Made by a program: the position numbers and the translations under genes. This document shows positions 53,199 to 63,400 of a DNA stretch of 64,000 nt, in pieces. The notes beneath the pieces are model-generated. The model worked only from the letters and a program-made list of their open reading frames with translations, searched no databases and was not told where the DNA came from. The DNA lies in assembly GCA_040954595.2 (NCBI GenBank), contig CM082589.2, positions 9,994,894-10,058,893 on the forward strand, read 5' to 3'. Source of the stretch: Balanoglossus misakiensis. Taxonomy: Eukaryota > Animalia > Hemichordata. Numbering within the stretch: the first letter of the stretch is position 1; each line of letters opens with the position of its first letter.

Positions 53199-56100
53199 AT
53201 GGAGAACGCTGAACAACAGCTGCTGGATTTGGGAATAGAGCCCAGTCCAGTCGCCAAAAAGGGACCTGCAACTCGCAGTAAGACTACGACAAGAGCATCG
53301 ACCGGTCGAAAAGTTCGCGTGGTCCCCCCCACCAAACTTTCCAAAGTACCAATGGCGTCAGCTCGTTCGAAAGGCGGGAAATGTAGCAAACCTGTCAAGG
53401 AAGAAGACACTTCATCTGACGGGGAAGATGTGAGGTCAGAGAAAGAGAAGTTGCAGGCGGAGATAGCGAGACTGCAGGAGCAATCTGAAGTAGACAATTT
53501 AAGAAAACAACTAAAACAAATGAAACTGGAGAAGGAACGACGCAGCCCGCCAGCCGCTTCGAGCGGAAGTCCCAGAAGTCACGACCTGAGTCAACTCACG
53601 CTACCCGATCTCAAGAGGATGGCGAAAGAAGACTCACAATTGCAGTGGTCGTTACCATCAGGCAGTCCGTGGCTACCAGCGACAGGGGCCGCTGGCGGCG
53701 GTGAAGACCTCCAACCGAACCAACTCCTGGCACAGTCCGGTTTATACACAGCAGCGCAGAGCAAAGCAGGTAACGTACCAATGAAATCGATGCGGTTCAA
53801 CACCAGAACCGATCGTGTGCGACAGCACGTCCTATGGCCGCACATGTTCGTCAGGGCTCGGACATTCTCGGGCGCCCCACCAAAATTCGATGATATGTCA
53901 ATGGCGGAATTTGTGGAAGGTAATCTCGCGATAGTGCAACTTCCTACTTTGAGTGACACAGAGAAACAGCAGCGATTACAACACTTACAGTCGCTTATGA
54001 AAGACGCCAATTTGTTCCCCTGGGACGCCATCTTGAAGTTCGAGGGCGCGCTCCTCTCTGACATGGAGTCAGGACTCAGAACATGGGCAAATGACACCGC
54101 AGATCTGAGAGAGCTATATTTGCTGCCGCGTATCGGCGAGATCAGACGGGATAAAACAGCGGACAAATCCAAAAAGAAGGATCAGATTAATGTATGTTTC
54201 AAATACCAAAGTAACAAGTGCGAGAAGGAGGATTGCGCATTCAAACACATATGTGAAGCCTGCATGAAGTTGCGTAACAACCTGGCCAAGCATCCCAAGA
54301 TTGCCAGCCCCTGGAAGGATAAGGCCTTTAGAGAGCAAGAGAGCAACAAGTTGACCGATAGTTCTGGCAAAGCAGAGGTAGATAAGTCTAAACAAGACTC
54401 TCATGACTGTGACAGCAATTTAATTCCTAAATTGAACCATAGAGTCAAAAGTGCAGGCACGGAGTGTAATATCAATGACTTTTATACATTGATGGGCATC
54501 ACAGATCAGGCAGTGCACAAGTGTGATCGCTCTGTACAAACTGACATGGAGATTGATATTTCAAGAAGCCTGTCAATGTGCAACCCGGAGGTTTTGCGGG
54601 ATGCTATTGTTAACCCTAGTAGTATTTCTGAACCAGTGCTTTCGATTGACGAGCCAGTAACATGTACCATTGCCAATGTTGCCTCTGAACACACAGGTTG
54701 TTTTGATACCTCTGTTAGCAGGGATAATGTTGACAAATACCTTTGTAAAACTCATACAGTTGATTTGATAGAACCTGATATTGAGACTGATCTTGACAAG
54801 CAAATCCCTATTGAATCACTAGCCCATACCGTCGGTGATACCACTGAATTTGCATGTGAGATTAGCGCTCATGGTTCATCTGACGGTATGATCAGTGATG
54901 ACCACGATGTCTTTGTTAGTGATATGTTTACTGTGGAAAATGTTCCAAATATGGGGCCTCCCAACCCCACCCTTGTTGATCACAGTGTTCCAGACACTTA
55001 TCCACTGGGCAATGATATGCAGTATTCTGAGTTATCAGATACTCCCGTGGGCGGGGATGTCTGTCCCCCGTCGTCATGGCCACAAGCGTCACCCCCTGAT
55101 TTAACAGAAGTTATAACCGTTCATGACATAGTTGTTGAATCAGGTTTACCAAATTCTCAATTTTGCAGAATACCCGTTTCATCAAATCTTCAAATCCCAA
55201 TTTGGCGAGCCGAATTGCAGCAATATGATGACAAAATCATCTGCGATTACCTACAATATGGTTGGCCCGTCTACTATACAGCCTCAGAATTGCCATACTC
55301 TACAGTGAAAAACCACCCATCAGCTATAAATTACTCGGCGCATGTCGACAACTGGATCATTAACGAAGTCGCAGCCGGGGCTACAGCGGGTCCGTTCTTA
55401 ACTAACCCCCTTGCCACACCACTCAGTACTTCCCCCATTCAGACTGTCGAAAAAAAAGATAGTGTTAATCGGCGTATAGTCTTTGATCTTAGTTCCCCAA
55501 TCCACCATTCAGTAAATGACGGTATCCCCAAAGGGGAATATCTTGGGGAGAGTTTTCAGCTTCAATATCCTTCCATTGATGATTTCACTGCAATGATGAC
55601 CCGTAAGGGCAGGGGATGCCTCCTATTTAAGCGCGATTTAAGCAGAGCTTATCGGCAAATACCAGTCGATCCAGCGGACTACCATTTGCTGGGCTACACG
55701 TGGCGTAATTTATTGTTCTTTGACCTTACATTGCCATTTGGCTTGCGAACCGCAGCGCTAGCCTGCCAGCGCACCACTAATGCGGTTTCTTATATCTATT
55801 CCACGAAAGGGTATGACTGTGTTAATTACCTTGACGACTTCGGTGGTGCAGAGACCTCCAACAAAGCCCACAAGGCATTTGCGGAGCTAGGTGACACGCT
55901 GGATAGACTGGGTTTGCAAGAAGCCAAACACAAAGCGGTGCCCCCGTCATCAATCATGACTTTTCTTGGAATCCAGTTGAACTCCCTTACAATGACTATG
56001 GAAGTTACTCCTGACCGGCTTAATGAAATAGAGCAAGAGCTGGGTGTATGGGTCACTAAAACAAAAGCAACTAAGCGCGAGCTGCAATCACTCATAGGCA

Positions 56101-56771
56101 AGCTTTCCTTTATTGCCAAATGTGTCAAGCCTGGTAGGCTATTCCTGGCGAGAATGCTAGATGTGTTGCGTACCGTCACCCGCAATCACTACCATATCTA
56201 TCTAAACAGTGATTTCAAGGCAGATCTACGGTGGTGGATTAATTTCATTAGGGTTTATAATGGGGTGTCTCTCATTAAAGAGTCAGGTTGGTGCCCGCCA
56301 GATGAAATATTTTCTTCGGATGCATGCCCAAAAGGGGGAGGGGGGCTTTGCGACAACGAGTATTTCCACGTGGAGTTCCCTGACTTTGTAAAGGTTGGGG
56401 ACCCTCACATTAATGCCCTCGAATTACTCACTATTACTATAGCGGCAAAAATTTGGGGTGATAGATGGTCTGGAAAGAAAATACAGGTCTCTTGCGACAA
56501 CCAGGCAACAGTTTGGGTCATTAATACCGGTAGAGCTAGGGATAAACTAATGCTGTCTTGCTTGAGGGAATTATGGCTGGTAGCAGCGATTCACGAGTTT
56601 GAGCTACGTGCTGTGCACATCGCAGGCACCGAGAACCGGCTGGCTGATGCGCTCAGTCGCTGGCATCTTGACCCAAGTTATGAGCAACTCTTCAAATCAT
56701 CTGTTAATATTTCTCAAATGACCGAGCACCCAGTCGCCGAGGATGACATTCGCTTTCTCAATGAGTGGTGA
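53199..56771 (+). CDS. Intact Gag-like + reverse transcriptase + RNase H polyprotein (1190 aa) of Ngaro/DIRS retrotransposon
   Basis: Cys/His finger CFKYQSNKCEKEDCAFKHICEAC; RT motifs DLSRAYRQIP, LPFGLR, YLDDF, FLG; RNase H motifs SSDAC, INALEL, CDN, NRLADALSR. Confidence 0.95.
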   Translation: MENAEQQLLDLGIEPSPVAKKGPATRSKTTTRASTGRKVRVVPPTKLSKVPMASARSKGGKCSKPVKEEDTSSDGEDVRSEKEKLQAEIARLQEQSEVDNLRKQLKQMKLEKERRSPPAASSGSPRSHDLSQLTLPDLKRMAKEDSQLQWSLPSGSPWLPATGAAGGGEDLQPNQLLAQSGLYTAAQSKAGNVPMKSMRFNTRTDRVRQHVLWPHMFVRARTFSGAPPKFDDMSMAEFVEGNLAIVQLPTLSDTEKQQRLQHLQSLMKDANLFPWDAILKFEGALLSDMESGLRTWANDTADLRELYLLPRIGEIRRDKTADKSKKKDQINVCFKYQSNKCEKEDCAFKHICEACMKLRNNLAKHPKIASPWKDKAFREQESNKLTDSSGKAEVDKSKQDSHDCDSNLIPKLNHRVKSAGTECNINDFYTLMGITDQAVHKCDRSVQTDMEIDISRSLSMCNPEVLRDAIVNPSSISEPVLSIDEPVTCTIANVASEHTGCFDTSVSRDNVDKYLCKTHTVDLIEPDIETDLDKQIPIESLAHTVGDTTEFACEISAHGSSDGMISDDHDVFVSDMFTVENVPNMGPPNPTLVDHSVPDTYPLGNDMQYSELSDTPVGGDVCPPSSWPQASPPDLTEVITVHDIVVESGLPNSQFCRIPVSSNLQIPIWRAELQQYDDKIICDYLQYGWPVYYTASELPYSTVKNHPSAINYSAHVDNWIINEVAAGATAGPFLTNPLATPLSTSPIQTVEKKDSVNRRIVFDLSSPIHHSVNDGIPKGEYLGESFQLQYPSIDDFTAMMTRKGRGCLLFKRDLSRAYRQIPVDPADYHLLGYTWRNLLFFDLTLPFGLRTAALACQRTTNAVSYIYSTKGYDCVNYLDDFGGAETSNKAHKAFAELGDTLDRLGLQEAKHKAVPPSSIMTFLGIQLNSLTMTMEVTPDRLNEIEQELGVWVTKTKATKRELQSLIGKLSFIAKCVKPGRLFLARMLDVLRTVTRNHYHIYLNSDFKADLRWWINFIRVYNGVSLIKESGWCPPDEIFSSDACPKGGGGLCDNEYFHVEFPDFVKVGDPHINALELLTITIAAKIWGDRWSGKKIQVSCDNQATVWVINTGRARDKLMLSCLRELWLVAAIHEFELRAVHIAGTENRLADALSRWHLDPSYEQLFKSSVNISQMTEHPVAEDDIRFLNEW

Positions 56772-57790
56772 CTGATTTTATTTTTATTTCAGATCACTGC
56801 CAAACTATCCAAGCCTTAGACGCTCAAATCGCTATCTCAATGAGGTCAGCATTAGCGGAAGGAACTCGTCGGAATTTGTCGTCACAGTTGAAGAGTTACT
56901 TCCTGTTTTGTCAGTTTTTCAATTTTACTCCTGTTCCAGCATCTGTTCTTACAGTGTGTAGATTTATCCAGTTTCTTGCAAGATCAGTAACTGCTACTGG
57001 CACCATTCAGAATTATTTGTACGCAATTCGTACCTTGCATAGAATCCATGGCTTCACGCCATTGGCCGCTGATCAGTATGTTGTCAAATTACTTTTGAAA
57101 TGTCTTTCCCGTAGCACTTTCCAGCCAGTGAGGCAGAAATTACCCATCACCCCCCAGTTGTTGCTACAGTTTTTCGGGCTTCTAGATGTGGCTGTTCCAT
57201 TCGATGTTACTTTGTGGGCATGCCTTTTGATAGGGTTTTTCTCCTTTTTTCGCAAGTCAAATCTTGTTCCGAAGTCTGCAACCGACTTTGATCCGGCTAA
57301 ACACCTCTGTAGGGGTAAAGTCATTTCCTCAGATTCTGGCCTTATAATCGGCGTGACTTGGTCAAAAACCATTCAGTTTCGCGAACGCTGTTTGACTATT
57401 CCACTTGCCCACATTCCAGGTTCGGTGTTGTGCCCTTTACAGGCATACAATCACATGTGTGAGATCATCCCAGCCCCACCCTCTAGCCCAGCATTTGTTT
57501 TTCCCAAATGTGGCAAATTGGTCCCCTTGACCCATTCAGGGCTGGTGAAAAGTATCAAATGTTTAGTTCAGAGGGCAGGCTTTCCTGCTGACATGTACTC
57601 AGGTCACAGCCTCCGTCGTGGGGGTGCAACCTTTGCATTCGAAAGTGGGGTCCCTGGGGAGCTTATCAAACTCCAAGGGGATTGGCAATCCAGCGCGTAT
57701 CTCCGTTATCTTAACATTCCATTTCAGACTCGTTATCTGGTGTCCTTTCAAATGGGTCAGCATCTTAAAGACATCTCCGCGTCACACTGA
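56765..57790 (+). CDS. Intact tyrosine recombinase of the retrotransposon (true start uncertain, possibly spliced)
   Basis: Catalytic R-K-HxxR-W-Y set: FFRKSN, SKT, GHSLRRGGAT, GDW, YLRY. The ORF opens at a GTG overlapping the pol stop; the first ATG is codon 26. Confidence 0.93.
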   Translation: MVTDFIFISDHCQTIQALDAQIAISMRSALAEGTRRNLSSQLKSYFLFCQFFNFTPVPASVLTVCRFIQFLARSVTATGTIQNYLYAIRTLHRIHGFTPLAADQYVVKLLLKCLSRSTFQPVRQKLPITPQLLLQFFGLLDVAVPFDVTLWACLLIGFFSFFRKSNLVPKSATDFDPAKHLCRGKVISSDSGLIIGVTWSKTIQFRERCLTIPLAHIPGSVLCPLQAYNHMCEIIPAPPSSPAFVFPKCGKLVPLTHSGLVKSIKCLVQRAGFPADMYSGHSLRRGGATFAFESGVPGELIKLQGDWQSSAYLRYLNIPFQTRYLVSFQMGQHLKDISASH

Positions 57791-57834
57791 TTTTACTGTG
57801 GCACTAGCAGAGAGGCGGACCGGGTTTGGCAGTG

Positions 57835-58358
57835 GTTGGGCCTGCAAGAGCCCCCAGTTCACGTAAATAAATAATGGCTCTTGCCTTCAGCTGCCAAACC
57901 TGTGTCCTTGGTTTGTGTGTTAGAGAGATCTCAAGTAATTTAGGTAACATTGCGATCAACGGCATAATGTTACCCAATTAAGCAACTCGAAAAGGGGCGC
58001 CCTCAACCTCAAACGAGCCTCAAAAATCCCATAATCCATCACTCACGACCACTTCAAGGGTTCTGAGCGTGTCCTGCAATGCTCGCTCTCTCTGCCTCAA
58101 TTTCCCCACCCGCCCGCCCTCAACAAATAAGATGTGTATTTGCAGATTTACAGTGGTTCTCTGGTCAATACTGTACTTCACGAGTGTAACCTTTTTCATC
58201 CATGTATTTTGCAATGGTCCTTTCATCATTGCGAGTTGTTATTCCCAGTTGTGTTGGGCCTGCAAGAGCACCCAGTTCACGTAAATAAATAATGGCTCTT
58301 GCCTTCAGCTGCCAAACCTGTGTCCTTGTTTTGTGTGTTAGAGAGATCTCAAATAATT
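57835..58358 (+). repeat. 3' terminal B-A-spacer-B module of the retrotransposon
   Basis: B 57835-57940, A 57941-58104, unique spacer 58105-58252, B 58253-58358, then satellite resumes. Confidence 0.92.
57866..57921 (+). promoter_or_regulatory. Putative polyadenylation signal within repeat B (also 52943 and 58284)
   Basis: AATAAA 76 bp after the YR stop, followed ~30 bp later by GT-rich TGTGTCCTTGGTTTGTGTGTT. Confidence 0.6.
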
Positions 58359-60411
58359 GGGGAAAATCATTAAAAAATGACAAATTATCGACTTTGCAAA
58401 ATCTCACAATTTCGTCGATTTTTGAAAAAAACCATTGGGGGAAAATCATCAAAAAATGACAAATTATCGACTTTGCAAAATCTCAACATTTCGTCGATTT
58501 TTGAAAAAAATCATGGGTGAAAATCATCAAAAAATGACAAATTTTCGACTTTGCAAAATCTCAAAATTTCGTCGATTTTGAAAAAAATCATAGGTTCGTC
58601 TTTTTTTTAAAAAAAAAACATGGATGAAAATCATCAAAAAATGACAAATTTTTGACTTTGCAAAATCTCACAATTTCGTCGATTTTTGAAAAAAATCATG
58701 GGTGAAAATCATCAAAAAATGACAAATTTTCGACTTTGCAAATTCTCAAAATTTCGTCGATTTTAAAAAAAAACATGGGGGAAAATCATCAAAAAATGAC
58801 AAATTATCGACTTTGCAAAATCTCACAATTTCGTCGATTTTTGAAAAAAATCATGGGTGAAAATCATCAAAAAATGACAAATTTTCGACTTTGCAAAATC
58901 TCAACATTTCGTCGATTTTTGAAAAAAATCATGGGTGAAAATCATCAAAAAATGACAAATTTTCGACTTTGCAAAATCTCAAAATTTCGTCCATTTTTGA
59001 AAAAAAATCATGGGTAAAAATCATCAAAAAATGACAAATTTTCGTCTATGCAAAATCTCAAAATTTCGTCGGTTTTTGAAAAATAATATGGTTGAAAATC
59101 ATCAAAAAATGACAAAATTATCGACTTTGCAAAATCTCACAATTTCGTCGATTTTTGAAAAAAATCATGGGTGAAAATCATCAAAAAATGACAAATTTTC
59201 GACTTTGCAAAATCTCAAAATTTCGTCGATTTAAAAAAAAATCATAGGTTCGTCGATTTAAAAAAAAACATGGGTGAAAATCATCAAAAAATGACAAATT
59301 TTCGACTTTGCAAAATCTCACAATTTCGTCGATTTTTGAAAAAAATCATGGGAGAAAATCATCAAAAAATGACAAATTTTCGACTTTGCAAAATCTCAAC
59401 ATTTCGTCGATTTTTGAAAACAATCATTGGGGAAAATCATCAAAAAATGACAAATTTTCGACTTTGCAAAATCTCAAAATTTCGTCGATTTTGAAAAAAA
59501 TCATAGGTTCGTCGTTTTTTTAAAAAAAAAAACATGGGTGAAAATCATCAAAAAATGACAAATTTTCGACTTTGCAAAATCTCAAAATTTCGTCCATTTT
59601 AAAAAAAAAACATGGGGGAAAATCATCAAAAAATGACAAATTTTCGACTTTGCAAAATCTCAAAATTTCGTCGATTTTGAAAAAAACCATTGGGGGAAAA
59701 TCATCAAATAATGACAAATTATCGACTTTGCAAAATCTCACAATTTCGTCGATTTTTGAAAAAAATCATGGGTGAAAATCATCAAAAAATGACAAATTTT
59801 CGACTTTGCAAAATCTCAACATTTCGTCGATTTTTGAAAAAAATCATGGGTGAAAATAATCAAAAAATGACAAATTTTCGACTTTGCAAAATCTCAAAAT
59901 TTCGTCCATTTTAAAAAAAAAACATGGGGGAAAATCATCAAAAAATGACAAATTTTCGACTTTGCAAATTCTCAAAATTTCGTCGATTTTGAAAAAAACC
60001 ATTGGGGGAAAATCAACAAAAAATGACAAATTATCGACTTTGCAAAATCTCACAATTTCGTCGATTTTTGAAAAAAATCATGGGTGAAAATCATCAAAAA
60101 ATGACAAATTTTCGACTTTGCAAAATCTCAACATTTCGTCGATTTTTGAAAAAAATCATGGGTGAAAATCATCAAAAAATGACAAATTTTCGACTTTGCA
60201 AAATCTCAAAATTTCGTCCATTTTTGAAAAAAAATCATGGGTTAAAATCATCAAAAAATGACAAATTTTCGTCTTTGCAAAATCTCAAAATTTCGTCCAT
60301 TTAAAAAAAAAAACATGGGTGAAAATCATCAAAAAATGACAAATTTTCGACTGCAAAATTTCAAAATTTCGTCGGTTTTTGAAAAATAATATGGGTGAAA
60401 ATCATCAAAAA
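58359..60411. repeat. 78-bp satellite block (right-most)
   Basis: Same monomer and orientation; ends at ...ATCATCAAAAA. Confidence 0.97.
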
Positions 60412-63400
60412 TAGCGTCAAGGACACTGTGGTCCCATTTAAACAGTGGAGTACGGAGATGAGGGGTGCCACAGTAGCAGAGGTAGGTAAGGCATCCAGTG
60501 TCTATTTTGCTGAATTGGGCAGCATACTGAAATTCAATGTTTAAGCACGAAAGAAGGGAGCAGGCAGTGTACGTTTTCTGTAGTTTAATTATAAATCATG
60601 TAAAGTAATAAATATAACAATGGGAATGAGTTGTGTTGCATATAAATTGTTTTAAAGAAATGAAATTGAATGACGCAATAAAAAATGTAATGGAAGCAGT
60701 AAAAAATGTCAAAGTAAATAAAGAGAACAGTAACAAGTATAAATTATGTTGAATGGTACAAAATACTAAAGAAATGTTAAATATAAAATGTATCACTGAA
60801 GAACGTGTAAACTGAAATAAAAAAATCATTGGAAAAAATGTCTAATTAAATGAAGCAGTCAAAAATTGTCTAACCTAGGGGAAAAAAACAGTGAAAAATG
60901 TCAAATCAAGTAGAGAAATGTGAATGTCACATAAAAAAAAGGCAAGAAAGAAAATGACAAACTGAACAAATAACTAAAAGCATGTGAAATAAAAAGAATG
61001 TGTCACTAAAAAATGTCTTCAAGTGTAATAAAAAAAGCAGGGAAGGAAATGTTATAATGAATGAATGGAGGGAGCGCTGGTAGAGTGTGTAATCGGGAAA
61101 GGGTTGTGGAATGGAGAGCAAATGAAGGCAGTACGTTGAAAAACACTAGTTTTTGAAAGTGGTGATGGTGTTGGCAGAGTTGGCCTTAAATTGGAGCTCG
61201 CGTCCATCGCAGATGTCGGTGACGGCGTCCTGCAGTTGTTTCTGGGTGGTGTTGACGGGGTTAATGGAGAATTTTCTGAGTAAATACTTGGTCTCCTTTG
61301 GGTAGATCTTGTATGTGTCAAGGTCATCACCGGTTTGTATTAAGAGGGAAAGTATTGTGCCTGGTCTGCAGGATGGGCTTTTATTCTTTCTGCAGAAACG
61401 ACATCTGAAAGAAATGAGAAATAGGCAATGTTGAAGTTGGTGGAATAAATATGTTGATTGCTGGCTGATGTGGAAAGGGTGTAACATGCAGTAATGTGGA
61501 AGAATATAAGTATTGAAGTAAAGTTGAATAAGGGATGTTACGGATGTCATGTGAATATTTAGTTGTAAGGAAGCCAATTGGATTGTTGGGATATAAGGAA
61601 GAGATGTTATTGAGTGGCTGTGCACTGGTAAATTTTTCCAGCGGAATGGCTTATGTCTGAAAATGGGACATTGCATGAAAAAACTGCTATGTATAGCTCA
61701 GCTGGTGTCTGCACACAAGGTATTGAGGGGCTGGTGGTAAGTGCGGATGAAGAGGAATTTTGGATTACCTGTTGCTGTCATTGAGAAATCCATTGCACCG
61801 AGGCGCATCTGCACATAAGAGAACTCTCTGTAGATTGGAGAGCCCTTGTAATGTCCCGGTTGTCCAGTTTGAGCTGTCATCGGAATCCGCCAATAAGGTG
61901 TCTGTAGTGTTTTGGTGTGATAGGGTTTCATGAGCCTGAAATAGAATTAGGGAAAGATTAGATTACCTGCGTGTGTTTTTGATAAATGAAGCTGTGGTTC
62001 GTGTGTCTGGAAATGTAGATGCTGAATTGGATGTTTGAAGAACTGAATAATGACAACAGCGGATAATATATGTTGTCTACTATTATGTTGAATAATGTAG
62101 CTCTGAGGAAGAAGCTTTGATTGCAAAACAAAGTACTGAACGCATTTGGAAAAGTGGAAACGAAAGTTTGGAATAGTATTGAAATGTTACTTGTGGATTC
62201 ACTATATGTTGTCATGGGCAAAGAAAAAGAAATGTGAATATTGTAATGAATTGTTTGAGCAGGGAATACAGGAAAAACAGTGGACAGTTTCAGTATAGTC
62301 AAGTTGTTTGTAGTGAACATAATACCTGAAAACGAAAGGGGTGGTACCAGGACAATTTCCTGTTGGTATACACTGTATAGTGTATTGTATTGACTGATCA
62401 GTGAAGTACTTACCGATACTGATATTGTGGTGGATTGCCTGGATGTGAGGCGGTTGTTGAACGAGGCAGCTTTCTTCACATTGGTAATAGTTATAACATC
62501 ACCAGTGGTGAGCTCACACTTCGTAAGATCTCCCCATACGGTTAGTTTGTACACCCCTGAGCTGTCTCCAAGTCCAATAGTTCTGCGTGGTAATTTGCCG
62601 TACCGGGTGTGGGTGGCTTTGGTGTTTTGAACCTAAAAGACAGAAGAAGTAATAAACAAATGGAAAACGGTAAAGAGTGTACCATGAGGTTTGTGAGATG
62701 AACGGTCGGGAAAAGGTGAGGTGGGGGTAGAAGTCAATAGGAAACGGACCTTTCTACCCTTCGAGGTCGATAGGGAACGGACCCCTCTCCTGTGCATCGA
62801 GGGATCTTCACGACGTGGAATAGCATTGCATACGCGGTTGTTCGGTGTACGGTACGTGACCAGCTGTGGTGAAGGTCGTGTAACGTCGGGAAAACGAAGA
62901 CGGTCATTGTATATATGGGTAACAGAGGAGTGAATGAAGTCAATAAAGCGTAAGCGAAATGTTCGTGATCTTGTGGAAAACACGACTACGTCAATTAAAG
63001 TAACGTGTTGGTGTTGATTTGTGGCAGAATTTATTCGTGACAATGGAAGTGGGCGGGTAATCCGATTACGTGAGATTGTTGTTGGCCGCGAAATATCTAG
63101 GGCGAAAATGGGTGAATTGTGAAATGAGTGAGCATTTTAAGTGTAAACTTACCCTTACTACAGTTCCTGATATGTTGTGATAATTGGTGTTGTCGGCAAT
63201 TGCTGCGGCCATAGTGACAACAGCAGCAGTGGGTGCTTGCTCTGTCATGCGACAGCGAAGTCCGTGAGCCTCGGTTGCGACACTTTCAGGAATGTTGAGG
63301 TCCACCCTATTAACAGCCAAGGTGGAGCCTTGGTTGATGGAAATCCCGTTGGAACGCACGTAAATTTTCGGACCAAGAAATAGTGTACTTCCTTCATTTG

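Larger units (their letters stand above)
45125..58358 (+). mobile_element. Ngaro-type (DIRS order) tyrosine-recombinase retrotransposon, tandem dimer with split direct repeats
   Basis: Gag-RT-RNaseH plus YR ORFs, with no DDE integrase or protease motif seen. Repeat layout A(45125)-ORFs-B(52912)A(53018)-ORFs-B(57835)A(57941)-148 bp spacer-B(58253). The flanks CATG | GGGGAAAATCAT rejoin into a satellite monomer with no TSD. Confidence 0.93.

Noticed and set aside
56765-57790. Phage integrase / prophage or bacterial contamination
   Set aside because: The YR is linked to Gag-RT-RNase H and split direct repeats, which is the DIRS/Ngaro architecture.
53180-57866. Antisense and alternative-frame ORFs over the retrotransposon (e.g. 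53591-54172, 55826-56185, 57618-57866)
   Set aside because: They are shadows of the real ORFs with no motifs, and they recur only because the unit is duplicated.
45125-58104. LTR retrotransposon with the A repeats as LTRs
   Set aside because: There are no TG...CA ends, TSD, protease or DDE integrase, and there is an extra B-A-B module.
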